Below, piece by piece: positions 41,819 to 49,674 of a stretch of 64,000 nucleotides of DNA (its first letter is position 1; each line of letters begins with the position of its first letter). The notes under the pieces were generated by a model, which was given only the letters and a program-made list of their open reading frames with translations, searched no databases and was not told where the DNA came from. The translations under genes were made by a program, and so were the position numbers. This stretch comes from Thermodesulfovibrionales bacterium (lineage in GTDB: Bacteria > Nitrospirota > Thermodesulfovibrionia > Thermodesulfovibrionales > SM23-35): positions 18,539 to 82,538 of the forward strand of contig JBAQLU010000249.1 of NCBI GenBank assembly GCA_049302065.1. The letters are read 5' to 3'.

Positions 41819-44017
41819 TTATAAAATCGGTTCCATTTCCAATGCCGGATGTCCGGCGCTGGCGAGGAACTCGAGTAATTTCTCGGAATCTTCACATACG
41901 GTCTCATCAGCAATCTTGGCTAAAAGGTCCGGCACCCCTTCCTCGGCTGCTCTCTTATCAAAAGCTTCTTTAAGGCTTTCTTTCAGATTTTTGGTCATCC
42001 AGACAATTCTCTTAATCCCTCCATCACCGGCAAGAAATTTCTTGCTGACAATAAAAATCCTGCCAACGCCCATAAATCCGGGGTTTTGGGTGCCTCCACC
42101 TACAGTTCCCGCTAATGTAGAAAACTTCATCCCTGCAGGTGTCATTCCGGTATGACCGCGGTTAACGATCATTACACCATTAGCTTCCGGAATGATCGCT
42201 ACGATACACTCGAAGCAGCCGCATGAGGTCATGGGATTCTCCATAATCGTATAAAGGTTCAACGTCTCTAACGCACCGCCTGATGCCTTTTTGAGATATT
42301 CATCGATACCGGTATACCTCCCGTATTTTGTATCGATAAGGTCTCCCTTGAGTATGGGCTGGTTCCCTCCTGTTGGGTCTATCTCAAAGGCCGCCTTACA
42401 GTCGAGCCAGTTATATGCTCCACAGAGACCGAGACGTTCGGGGCTGATGACGCAAACATGACTCGGAGCAAAGGACTGGCAGAGAAGACAGGAATAAAAT
42501 GTGTCCACCGCATCGTCGACAAGTCCGCCCAGTCTCCGGTCGCGTTCTTTGTATGCCGCCCTCGCCTCCTCCTGCAATCTCAGCACATCTTTCTCATCGG
42601 TATAGATCGTCACCTGAACCTTATCCACAATCGACTTGAACCTGTGGTGTGTCATCGTAGCATTGAGTATTCCGAGATGCTCAAGGGTGAATCCGTCCTT
42701 TTTTGCGTTTTGGTTGATCCTTATCCAGTTGATATCGCGCTGGCCCATGTGCCAGATGCCCTGGGCCTCATTGATATTATGATGCACTTTCCTTTCTATG
42801 ACAGACTCAAAATCCTTCTGCATCTTTCTGCCTGCCACATCAATGACAATGGCCAAAGGCATCTTCCCGCCTTTCTCATACTGTTCCTGCCAGTTATTGC
42901 CAATCAGGGTGACCTTGCCATCCTCGATATCTTCCATTTCACGCATCCTTACCCACTCAAACGAAGGGGTACGCGCACCACCGAATTCTATGAACATATC
43001 TTCTTTCCGTATCCGCTCACCTTCGAATGCCGGGCCGTAGGAAACGGGTATAGGAGGTTTATCAACAACGATTTTCAAACCCCTCACCTCTATCGCCTTC
43101 TGAACAATCTTATTATGGTCAAATTCTTTATCGACCGCTTCATAAATACACACACCTGTCGGATGTATAACCGGAACATCAGTATCACAAATAGCAGGAA
43201 AGCCCATATTTATAGCGCCGGCTCCTGTTGACCATTTAATGTCATCAAAATCTCCGAGGGCAATTGCAAATGCAAAGACCCTATCTTTTTGGTACTTTAG
43301 ATGCTCCTTAAAATCTCCTGGTTTTTTGCCTCCAAATATAAGTGACGCCCTTATCGCCCAATCAAGGGCGTAAAGGGTATGTTCCGTATCAGGACCGAGG
43401 GGGACGATTCTTGTATCCCAGCCCAGTTCAACACCTTTTCTCTGAAGCTGTTTCGTTACACTATTACCATTGGTGTGGCCTGAAAGAAAGGTAAGGATAT
43501 TCTTCTCCTGAAGTTCTCGTATTATCTTTACTGCAGTATCATCATCAGGCGCTGCTCCGATAACTGCAGCAAAACCCGGCATTGTCCCATCGACAAGCTG
43601 GATGCCCAGATTCCTCTGAATAGTATCTGTTACAAAACCATTATAGACATATCCTGTTTCAGGATCTGTTACAGGTTCAAGGCCATTTATATAACGTAAT
43701 GCCATGATAATCTCTTCAGCAAAGAGCGTAGCCATCCCTGAATCAAGTGCTTCACCCAAATATGGTTTCCAGAGGTGTTCCTCAGGTTCCGGATGGAGTA
43801 ATTCTCTTGCCATACCGAGAGCCACCTTCATATCCGACAGCGTTTTAACAGGAAAACCTGTCATGGCATATATCATGGGAAGATAATATGCTGTATCAGG
43901 GAATTCAAATGGAAAACTTAATCCCTTTTCAGTAATAGTTTTTTCGAGCATTTCCTCAGCCTGCCTGACAAGCCTGTGTGCGCCTCTTATAGCTGCTGAG
44001 GCTATTAACTTAGACAT
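41819..44017 (-). CDS. acsB: CO-methylating acetyl-CoA synthase (ACS, A-cluster subunit)
   Basis: 732-aa ORF. It has the A-cluster motif region ...MTSCGCFECIVAI... and is AcsB/CdhC-like over its full length. Confidence 0.9.
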   Translation of the reverse strand: MSKLIASAAIRGAHRLVRQAEEMLEKTITEKGLSFPFEFPDTAYYLPMIYAMTGFPVKTLSDMKVALGMARELLHPEPEEHLWKPYLGEALDSGMATLFAEEIIMALRYINGLEPVTDPETGYVYNGFVTDTIQRNLGIQLVDGTMPGFAAVIGAAPDDDTAVKIIRELQEKNILTFLSGHTNGNSVTKQLQRKGVELGWDTRIVPLGPDTEHTLYALDWAIRASLIFGGKKPGDFKEHLKYQKDRVFAFAIALGDFDDIKWSTGAGAINMGFPAICDTDVPVIHPTGVCIYEAVDKEFDHNKIVQKAIEVRGLKIVVDKPPIPVSYGPAFEGERIRKEDMFIEFGGARTPSFEWVRMREMEDIEDGKVTLIGNNWQEQYEKGGKMPLAIVIDVAGRKMQKDFESVIERKVHHNINEAQGIWHMGQRDINWIRINQNAKKDGFTLEHLGILNATMTHHRFKSIVDKVQVTIYTDEKDVLRLQEEARAAYKERDRRLGGLVDDAVDTFYSCLLCQSFAPSHVCVISPERLGLCGAYNWLDCKAAFEIDPTGGNQPILKGDLIDTKYGRYTGIDEYLKKASGGALETLNLYTIMENPMTSCGCFECIVAIIPEANGVMIVNRGHTGMTPAGMKFSTLAGTVGGGTQNPGFMGVGRIFIVSKKFLAGDGGIKRIVWMTKNLKESLKEAFDKRAAEEGVPDLLAKIADETVCEDSEKLLEFLASAGHPALEMEPIL

Positions 44018-44030
44018 CCCGACCTCCTAT

Positions 44031-44140
44031 ATAATCAGAATACAGAACTCAGAATACAGAGCACAGATTACAGAACACAGATTTTAATTTCTTATTAGAC
44101 TTCTTTGGTCTATGCTCTGTGTTCTGTCTTCTGTGATCTC
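44031..44140. repeat. Inverted heptamer arrays (CAGANNN x7 / NNNTCTG x4) in the acsC-acsB intergenic gap
   Basis: The sequence reads cagaata cagaact cagaata cagagca cagatta cagaaca cagattt ...loop... tctatgc tctgtgt tctgtct tctgtga tct. Confidence 0.85.
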
Positions 44141-44146
44141 TTTAAT

Positions 44147-45490
44147 TTATGCTGCTCTCGATTTCAGGAATGCAGGCAACCCGTTTGCTTCCCGGGGACC
44201 GACTGTTATCTTCCATCCCTCAAGTTTATCTTCTATTGCTCCGCTCAGTATCGAAACATAACCAGGGATAATAAGCTCCCGGTGTTTTATATTGTTCTCA
44301 ACTCCGCTTTCTTTAATAAATTGTGCGATCTTTGATGCTGTAAATTTCCCTGCTGCCCATGCTGTAAGCACAGACAGGCCTTCGCAGTCCATGACAGCGA
44401 GATAACCCGGCACCCTGCTGTTTTCAATCTCACCGGAGACGATAAAATATGTAAGTGAGAAGTTTGTTGTAATCATGAGCGGCGATTCCGGATTCGGCTC
44501 TCCTATCTTATATATCTTTTGCTCGACCTGCATCGGCACCTGGGGGTCTGTGTAGATATTCTGTCTTAAGGTGAACAGAGAAAGATTCTTCCATTTTTCT
44601 ATACTGCTCAGGACGACTATTGAAGAATATTTTGCGACACCTATGGATGCAATAAGTGATTCAACAAGACTGTCTTCACGCTGTGCAAAAGTTATCACCG
44701 GATATCCGAGAGGCTTAAAATTCTTCTTGACAGCAGCCCTCCTGATTAATGTATTGTGCTCTAAAATTTCCTTCGCCTTTCTTGCGCCGGAATCCATTAC
44801 CATATCTTCAACACCGAGTGATTTGATCTTTTCAGTAAGGTTAGCAAGTTCATCCAGCCCATTCGCCATAATCCCGAGTGCTGTTTTATATGTCTTTGCA
44901 ATGCCTGTCATTGCTTCTGCATTTTCTGAATTCACTCCGTAAATGACTGGTTTCTTGTTTGAGAATATTATTGCTGCGGTCTCGGCAGACCGGGGGTCTG
45001 TCGCGCAGATAATAACAGGGACTTCAGGCGCCTTTGCCGCAACAGTTTTTGCAAGAGACTCAAATCTGCCTGTATCATTTGAAGTATTCTTCAGTGCAAT
45101 TGCATCAATCCTCAGCTTCTGACCTACCCTGTCGATCTCAGAATCAAGAACCTCCTTAATCTTAAGATCGATTTCAGAATCCGAAAGCGTATCCTGTATC
45201 TCAAGCGCAAAAACACACGGATTGACAAAACGCTTGTCATGCCTGAAAAGCACTGTCTCTTCTCCGAGTTTGACTGCCTTCTCACCTGTCCCCATGATAA
45301 TTGGTCTTACAGGCGGAGCTGAGGCCTCACCGAGTTTCTGTTTTGCCTCTTCAGAGACATCAGGACATGCGTCAAGAGTTACCTGTCTCTGAGCAAGTTT
45401 CATAGCAAAGGCAAGACAGGTAGGGAAGCCGCATTTCTTACAATTTGTCTTTGGCAGGAGTTTGAATATTTCTACACCGGTTAAAGCCAT
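44147..45490 (-). CDS. acsC: Corrinoid iron-sulfur protein, large subunit
   Basis: 447-aa ORF. The N-terminus MALTGVEIFKLLPKTNCKKCGFPTCLAFAMKLA carries the characteristic 4Fe-4S motif of AcsC/CdhE. Confidence 0.9.
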   Translation of the reverse strand: MALTGVEIFKLLPKTNCKKCGFPTCLAFAMKLAQRQVTLDACPDVSEEAKQKLGEASAPPVRPIIMGTGEKAVKLGEETVLFRHDKRFVNPCVFALEIQDTLSDSEIDLKIKEVLDSEIDRVGQKLRIDAIALKNTSNDTGRFESLAKTVAAKAPEVPVIICATDPRSAETAAIIFSNKKPVIYGVNSENAEAMTGIAKTYKTALGIMANGLDELANLTEKIKSLGVEDMVMDSGARKAKEILEHNTLIRRAAVKKNFKPLGYPVITFAQREDSLVESLIASIGVAKYSSIVVLSSIEKWKNLSLFTLRQNIYTDPQVPMQVEQKIYKIGEPNPESPLMITTNFSLTYFIVSGEIENSRVPGYLAVMDCEGLSVLTAWAAGKFTASKIAQFIKESGVENNIKHRELIIPGYVSILSGAIEDKLEGWKITVGPREANGLPAFLKSRAA

Positions 45491-45509
45491 TTCTAAACCT
45501 CCAAGATCT

Positions 45510-45600
45510 AAAGGATTCCAGGATTTAAGTGGTCAAGGGTTCAAGCGATTAAACTTTCATTTATATGAACCCTCGAATCCTTGAATCCTCGACCCCTTAT
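45510..45600. repeat. Inverted short-repeat array (CAAGG-type) in the acsD-acsC intergenic gap
   Basis: The sequence reads aaaggattccaggatttaagtggtcaagggttcaagcg ...loop... gaaccctcgaatccttgaatcctcgaccccttat. Confidence 0.8.
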
Positions 45601-45610
45601 GTTTTTCAGC

Positions 45611-46552
45611 TTAAGTCAGTTCTTCTATTACTTTTTCCACTGCATCGATTGCCTTTGGGTGTCTCATGATGAGAAGCTCAGTTCCAGCCATAAGCAGGGC
45701 CATGGCAGTAGTTGCCTCCCATGCTATACCTCTTTCTTCCAGACTTCCCCATTGCGGGACATCTGATTCAGCAGCCTGGGTCTCCTTAACCTTCCAGACG
45801 TACATGCCTACATCACCCAGCAGCGGCTGCTGCATGGTAGAATCATTCTGTGTAAGCGCAGCAAGCCGTATCCGCTCCATAACCGAATACGTATATTCAA
45901 GACCATACCCGAGAGCAGAACACATAGGGTCTGTAATGATTCTTTCTTTATCAAACCCCATCTGTGAAATAAGAATATTCAGCTGCTTCGAGAGGTTGAT
46001 ATCAAGCTCTGACATTGCGATCAGTTTATGGTTGTTAGCCATTGCAGCAGCAGCGATCGTCTTATAATTCGCTTCCTGTGCTTTGCCGATAATACAATTC
46101 CTGTCTTTGGCAGCCTCTGCTGCAGAGATTAAAACAGAAGCATCTTTCTCTGCGTGATTGCTTCCAAGAATAATCAGGGGGAGATCAGTCGCTGAAATTA
46201 CATCCCTGACGGTTTTTGCTGCGTCTTCCGGTGAGCGATTCTCTCTGTCGGGGTGCGTACCTGTGAGCCTGAGTGCGATAGCCTTTGCCTTTAATGTTTC
46301 CTGACAGAATTTGGCCCATGAGACAGGATTATGCGATACATCCTTATAAGGCTTCTGTACTTCCTCAGGCCAGTCATCCGGTGGAACATCCTGTATTTCG
46401 CAGGCTATAACCGGACTGTTTGGCGATGAACCTTCAAAGGTATGGAATGGAAGAACATTTTCACCCCCGAAGGTAAGCGCCCGGGGACCGGTACCGATTG
46501 TTACAGAATAGACCTTACCTGAATAAGTTTCTTTCGGCAGTGCCAAAGCCAT
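45611..46552 (-). CDS. acsD: Corrinoid iron-sulfur protein, small subunit
   Basis: 313-aa ORF of the size and position expected for AcsD/CdhD, between acsE and acsC. A good SD (GGAGGAG) precedes the ATG. Confidence 0.8.
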   Translation of the reverse strand: MALALPKETYSGKVYSVTIGTGPRALTFGGENVLPFHTFEGSSPNSPVIACEIQDVPPDDWPEEVQKPYKDVSHNPVSWAKFCQETLKAKAIALRLTGTHPDRENRSPEDAAKTVRDVISATDLPLIILGSNHAEKDASVLISAAEAAKDRNCIIGKAQEANYKTIAAAAMANNHKLIAMSELDINLSKQLNILISQMGFDKERIITDPMCSALGYGLEYTYSVMERIRLAALTQNDSTMQQPLLGDVGMYVWKVKETQAAESDVPQWGSLEERGIAWEATTAMALLMAGTELLIMRHPKAIDAVEKVIEELT

Positions 46553-46570
46553 GTCTCCTCCTTTACATTT

Positions 46571-46641
46571 AAGGATTCAAGGGGCCAAGGGGTCAAGGGG
46601 TCGGGAGTTTTTTTACTTGAACCCTCGAATCCTTGAACCCT
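46571..46641. repeat. Inverted short-repeat array (CAAGGGGN units) in the acsE-acsD intergenic gap
   Basis: The sequence reads aaggattcaaggggccaaggggtcaaggggtcggg agttttttta cttgaaccctcgaatccttgaaccc. Confidence 0.85.
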
Positions 46642-46646
46642 ATCTG

Positions 46647-47429
46647 TTACATTTCTAAGTACGAATGGGCATACAGTGTTTTACCCAGCAGCACATCTAT
46701 CGTTTTAACTGTTGGTGATATCTCATGCGCATCTGCTATCGCAGCAGTAAGACCTTCATAGATTAAGAGAGAAAGATAATAATTGTTCAGGACAGGTCTC
46801 AGGTGTTTCGGGCAGCCATTTGAGACATTACTGAGACCAACAACCGTTTTCATAGGCGGATCATTCAGTTCCTGAAACATCTTTACTGCCTTTATGACCT
46901 TTAATGCATGGTCCTGGGAAGTCGCTATCTGAAGGACAAGAGGGTCGAGGAATAAATCTTCGAGCGGCACTCCATATTCTGCAGCCCTTGCCATGATATC
47001 CGCAGCAATGGCAGCCCTTTCTTCTGCATCTGCAGGCAATCCACCCTTGCCTACTGTAAGGCCGATTATCTGAGAATTATATCTGGCTGCAAGTTCAAGC
47101 ATTGCAAATCTCTCAGGATCATTTGATGTAGAATTTATCAAAGGCCTCCCCCATTGATTGTTATGAATTTGGAGACCGGCCTCTACCGCTTTATAGTTTG
47201 TTGTATCAAGACAAACCGGCAGCGGGACAACCTCCTGTATGGCAGTAACCATCCATTGCATCAAATCCTCACCGCCATCTTCAGCCGGTCCTATGTTAGC
47301 GTCTATCATCCCTGCGCCTGATTTCCATTGAGAAATTGCGATATCCTGTATAGGGCCTTTATCTTTTCTCATCATGGCTTCCCTTACTTTTTTTGCTATT
47401 ATGCTTAACTTTTCACCGATGATTAACAT
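46647..47429 (-). CDS. acsE: Methyltetrahydrofolate:corrinoid/iron-sulfur protein methyltransferase
   Basis: 260-aa ORF. The N-terminus MLIIGEKLSIIAKKVREAMMRKD...DANIGPA resembles the Moorella AcsE N-terminus as I remember it (MLIIGERING...LDLNVGPA). It has a pterin-binding-domain pattern. Confidence 0.88.
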   Translation of the reverse strand: MLIIGEKLSIIAKKVREAMMRKDKGPIQDIAISQWKSGAGMIDANIGPAEDGGEDLMQWMVTAIQEVVPLPVCLDTTNYKAVEAGLQIHNNQWGRPLINSTSNDPERFAMLELAARYNSQIIGLTVGKGGLPADAEERAAIAADIMARAAEYGVPLEDLFLDPLVLQIATSQDHALKVIKAVKMFQELNDPPMKTVVGLSNVSNGCPKHLRPVLNNYYLSLLIYEGLTAAIADAHEISPTVKTIDVLLGKTLYAHSYLEM

Positions 47430-47455
47430 TTTTCTGATGCTCCTTTCCGACTATA

Positions 47456-47489
47456 AGGGGCGATTCGAGGATCTTCGATAATCGCCCCT
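47456..47489 (-). promoter_or_regulatory. Stable hairpin in the acsE 5' leader
   Basis: aggggcgatt (47456-65) pairs perfectly with aatcgcccct (47480-89), and the interior is partly self-complementary. It lies ~26 nt upstream of the acsE ATG and just upstream of the SD (GGAAAGGAG). Confidence 0.55.
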
Positions 47490-47705
47490 GTAATTTATTT
47501 CATCTAAAAAACTTTTCATCTCTCACCCTTCCTCAAATTAAAGAGATGAGTTTGCATAATAGCATAATTATATTTTTCAGGTAAAGAGCTTTTTTTAGCA
47601 TTCGTTATTTTTTGCAATAATTTGCAATAAAATACACTTAATGATATCATTATACGAAAAATTATCTTGATTTTTAAAAAAGATACGTTATAAAATTTCT
47701 TGTAT

Positions 47706-47736
47706 TTGACATTTGATAAAGATTCGCTGTTATAAT
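47706..47736 (+). promoter_or_regulatory. Sigma-70-type promoter candidate for the small lipoprotein gene
   Basis: TTGACA (47706-11), a 19-nt spacer, then TATAAT (47731-36), ~50 nt upstream of the ATG at 47786. Confidence 0.5.
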
Positions 47737-47785
47737 ATCTTTTTAAGATATTAAGTAAGTATTCTTGGAAGGAGGTGATATTTTT

Positions 47786-47971
47786 ATGAAGAAGATTATA
47801 GCATTAGTTTTATCATTAATGTTATTGGTGGCATTTACCGTTGGTTGCAAGCCGGCAGAAACACCAAAACCTGAGGCACCAGCACCGGCACCGGCAACAG
47901 CACCAGCACCGGAGAAGCCAGCTGAGGCACCAGCACCGGCACCAGCACCGGAGAAACCAGCACATAAATAA
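47786..47971 (+). CDS. Small Pro/Ala-rich lipoprotein
   Basis: The sequence is MKKIIALVLSLMLLVAFTVGC (lipobox VGC) followed by PEAPAPAPATAPAPEKPAEAPAPAPAPEKP. A strong SD (GGAAGGAGGTG) precedes the ATG at 47786, and a terminator follows. Confidence 0.6.
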   Translation: MKKIIALVLSLMLLVAFTVGCKPAETPKPEAPAPAPATAPAPEKPAEAPAPAPAPEKPAHK

Positions 47972-47984
47972 TTTATGTGTAGAT

Positions 47985-48032
47985 ATTCAGGGGATAGGTA
48001 ATACTTACTTATCCCCTGAATTTGCTTTTTTT
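47985..48032 (+). terminator. Rho-independent terminator
   Basis: The stem pairs attcaggggatagg with cttatcccctgaat (13/14 bp) and is followed by ttgcttttttt. Confidence 0.8.
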
Positions 48033-48050
48033 ATAAAAATCTGGTATATT
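48022..48050 (+). promoter_or_regulatory. Sigma-70-type promoter candidate for rimP-nusA
   Basis: TTGCTT (48022-27), a 17-nt spacer, then TATATT (48045-50). Confidence 0.45.
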
Positions 48051-48079
48051 TTTTAAAATCCTATTATTAGTTTAATCGA

Positions 48080-48108
48080 AGAGTGGGTCGTCCCACTCTT
48101 TTGTTTTA
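48080..48108 (+). terminator. Leader hairpin with a weak U-tract immediately upstream of rimP (possible attenuator)
   Basis: The sequence reads agagtggg tcgt cccactct followed by tttgtttta, between the candidate promoter and the rimP ATG at 48131. Confidence 0.5.
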
Positions 48109-48130
48109 TAGGGCTTTTTCAGGTTTCTAT

Positions 48131-48586
48131 ATGAACGACAGTATTAAGAAAAAGGTTTTTATGTTTGCTGAACAAGTTGCTGATGAGCAGGGTGTAGAAA
48201 TTTTCGATATTGAGCTGTTAGGAAAGGGGAAGCTGTTGCTCAGAGTCAGAATAGATAGAGAGGGAGGCGTTACTCTCGATGACTGTGAAAATTTCAGCAG
48301 AGCTTTTGGGGCTCTGCTCGATGTCGGAGACATTTTCCCCGGGCGATATAACCTTGAGGTTTCTTCTCCTGGAATCGACAGACCTTTGAGAAGCTTACAG
48401 GAGTTTGAAAAACATAAGGGAAAACTGGCACGAATTGTTACCGTGGAAAAAATTAATAATCAGAATTTCTTCACCGGCAGGATATCAGCAGTCAGCAGCA
48501 ATTTTGTAAAAATCCTGGTGAACAACCAGGAAATAGATATACCATTTGACAGGATATCAAAGGCAAAACTGGAGATAGAGATCTAA
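48131..48586 (+). CDS. rimP: Ribosome maturation factor RimP
   Basis: The sequence is ...GVEIFDIELLGKGKLLLRVRIDREGGVTLDDCENFSRAFGALLD...YNLEVSSPGIDRPL. This is the conserved RimP pattern, immediately upstream of nusA. I prefer the ATG at 48131 to the track's non-ATG start at 48083. Confidence 0.85.
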   Translation: MNDSIKKKVFMFAEQVADEQGVEIFDIELLGKGKLLLRVRIDREGGVTLDDCENFSRAFGALLDVGDIFPGRYNLEVSSPGIDRPLRSLQEFEKHKGKLARIVTVEKINNQNFFTGRISAVSSNFVKILVNNQEIDIPFDRISKAKLEIEI

Positions 48587-49674
48587 TGTCCAAAGAACTC
48601 TGTTATGTAGTAGACCAGATCAGCAGAGAGAAAGGTATAACAAGAGATGTGCTTCTTGAAACCTTACGCTCCGCCTTGCTCTCCGCTGCAAGGAAAAAGT
48701 TCGGTGGCAGAACGAATATCGACCTCACAATTGATCCCAGGACATGTGATATATCAGCATTTGAGATAAAAAAGATTGTGTCAGTGGTATCAAATAAAGA
48801 TGAAGAAATTTCCCTTGATAAGGCAAGAAAGATTTCTCCTGAGGCAGCAGAGGGTGATACAGTCAATATTCCCTTAGATCTGCATGACTTCAGCAGAATC
48901 GCCGCCCAAACAGCAAAACAGGTTATTTTTCAGAGGGTACGCGAGGCGGAAAGGGATGTAATTTACAATGAATTCAAGGGCAAGGTCGGTCAGGTTGTCG
49001 GTGGTACAATCATGAGAAAAGAAAAAGGAATATACTTCCTGAATATCGGCAAAACAGAGGCATTACTTCCGGTAAAAGATATCCTTCCGAATGAAAACCT
49101 GAAGAGAGGCGACACGATCAGGGCATATATAGAAGCCGTCAGGATTACCCCAAGGGGACCGGCTATTATGGTGACAAGGTCAAGCCCGCAATTTGTTGCT
49201 GCCTTATTCAAAATGGAGGTTCCGGAAATCAATGACGGACTTGTTATTATTAAAGATACTGTCAGAGAACCCGGTGAGAGGACAAAACTCGCTGTATTTT
49301 CAAAAAATCCGTCTATTGATCCAGTAGGCGCATGTGTCGGTATGAAAGGTACAAGGGTTCAGTCAATAGTTCGTGAACTCAGGGGAGAAAGGATCGATAT
49401 CATCCCATGGACTGATGACCCAAGACAGCTTGTTTCGAGGGCGCTGAGCCCGGCAACAGTGGACAAAGTAGGAATTAATGAAGAATCCAAGACAGCGATG
49501 GTTGTTGTGAATGACCAGCAACTTTCCCTCGCTATAGGCAAAAGAGGTCAGAATGTCAGACTTGCGATGAAACTTACAGGCTGGGATATCGATATACTTA
49601 GTGAATCCGAATATTCCAAGATGCGCATAGAAGAAGCAGACAAGACATTCTCTCCTCCTTCTGCTGATGGCTAA
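48586..49674 (+). CDS. nusA: Transcription termination/antitermination factor NusA (short form, no acidic C-terminal repeats)
   Basis: 362-aa ORF with the N-terminal domain, S1 domain and two KH domains (GACVGMKGTRVQSIVRELRGERIDII; AIGKRGQNVRLAMKLTGWDIDI). Confidence 0.92.
   Translation: MSKELCYVVDQISREKGITRDVLLETLRSALLSAARKKFGGRTNIDLTIDPRTCDISAFEIKKIVSVVSNKDEEISLDKARKISPEAAEGDTVNIPLDLHDFSRIAAQTAKQVIFQRVREAERDVIYNEFKGKVGQVVGGTIMRKEKGIYFLNIGKTEALLPVKDILPNENLKRGDTIRAYIEAVRITPRGPAIMVTRSSPQFVAALFKMEVPEINDGLVIIKDTVREPGERTKLAVFSKNPSIDPVGACVGMKGTRVQSIVRELRGERIDIIPWTDDPRQLVSRALSPATVDKVGINEESKTAMVVVNDQQLSLAIGKRGQNVRLAMKLTGWDIDILSESEYSKMRIEEADKTFSPPSADG

Noticed and set aside
47841-48056. 71-aa plus-strand ORF rich in His/Arg/Gln (MVASRQKHQNLRHQHRHRQQ...).
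   Set aside because: It is an alternative frame of the Pro/Ala-repeat lipoprotein gene and runs through the terminator. It has no RBS. It is a frame artefact of the repetitive GCACC(A/G)GC sequence.
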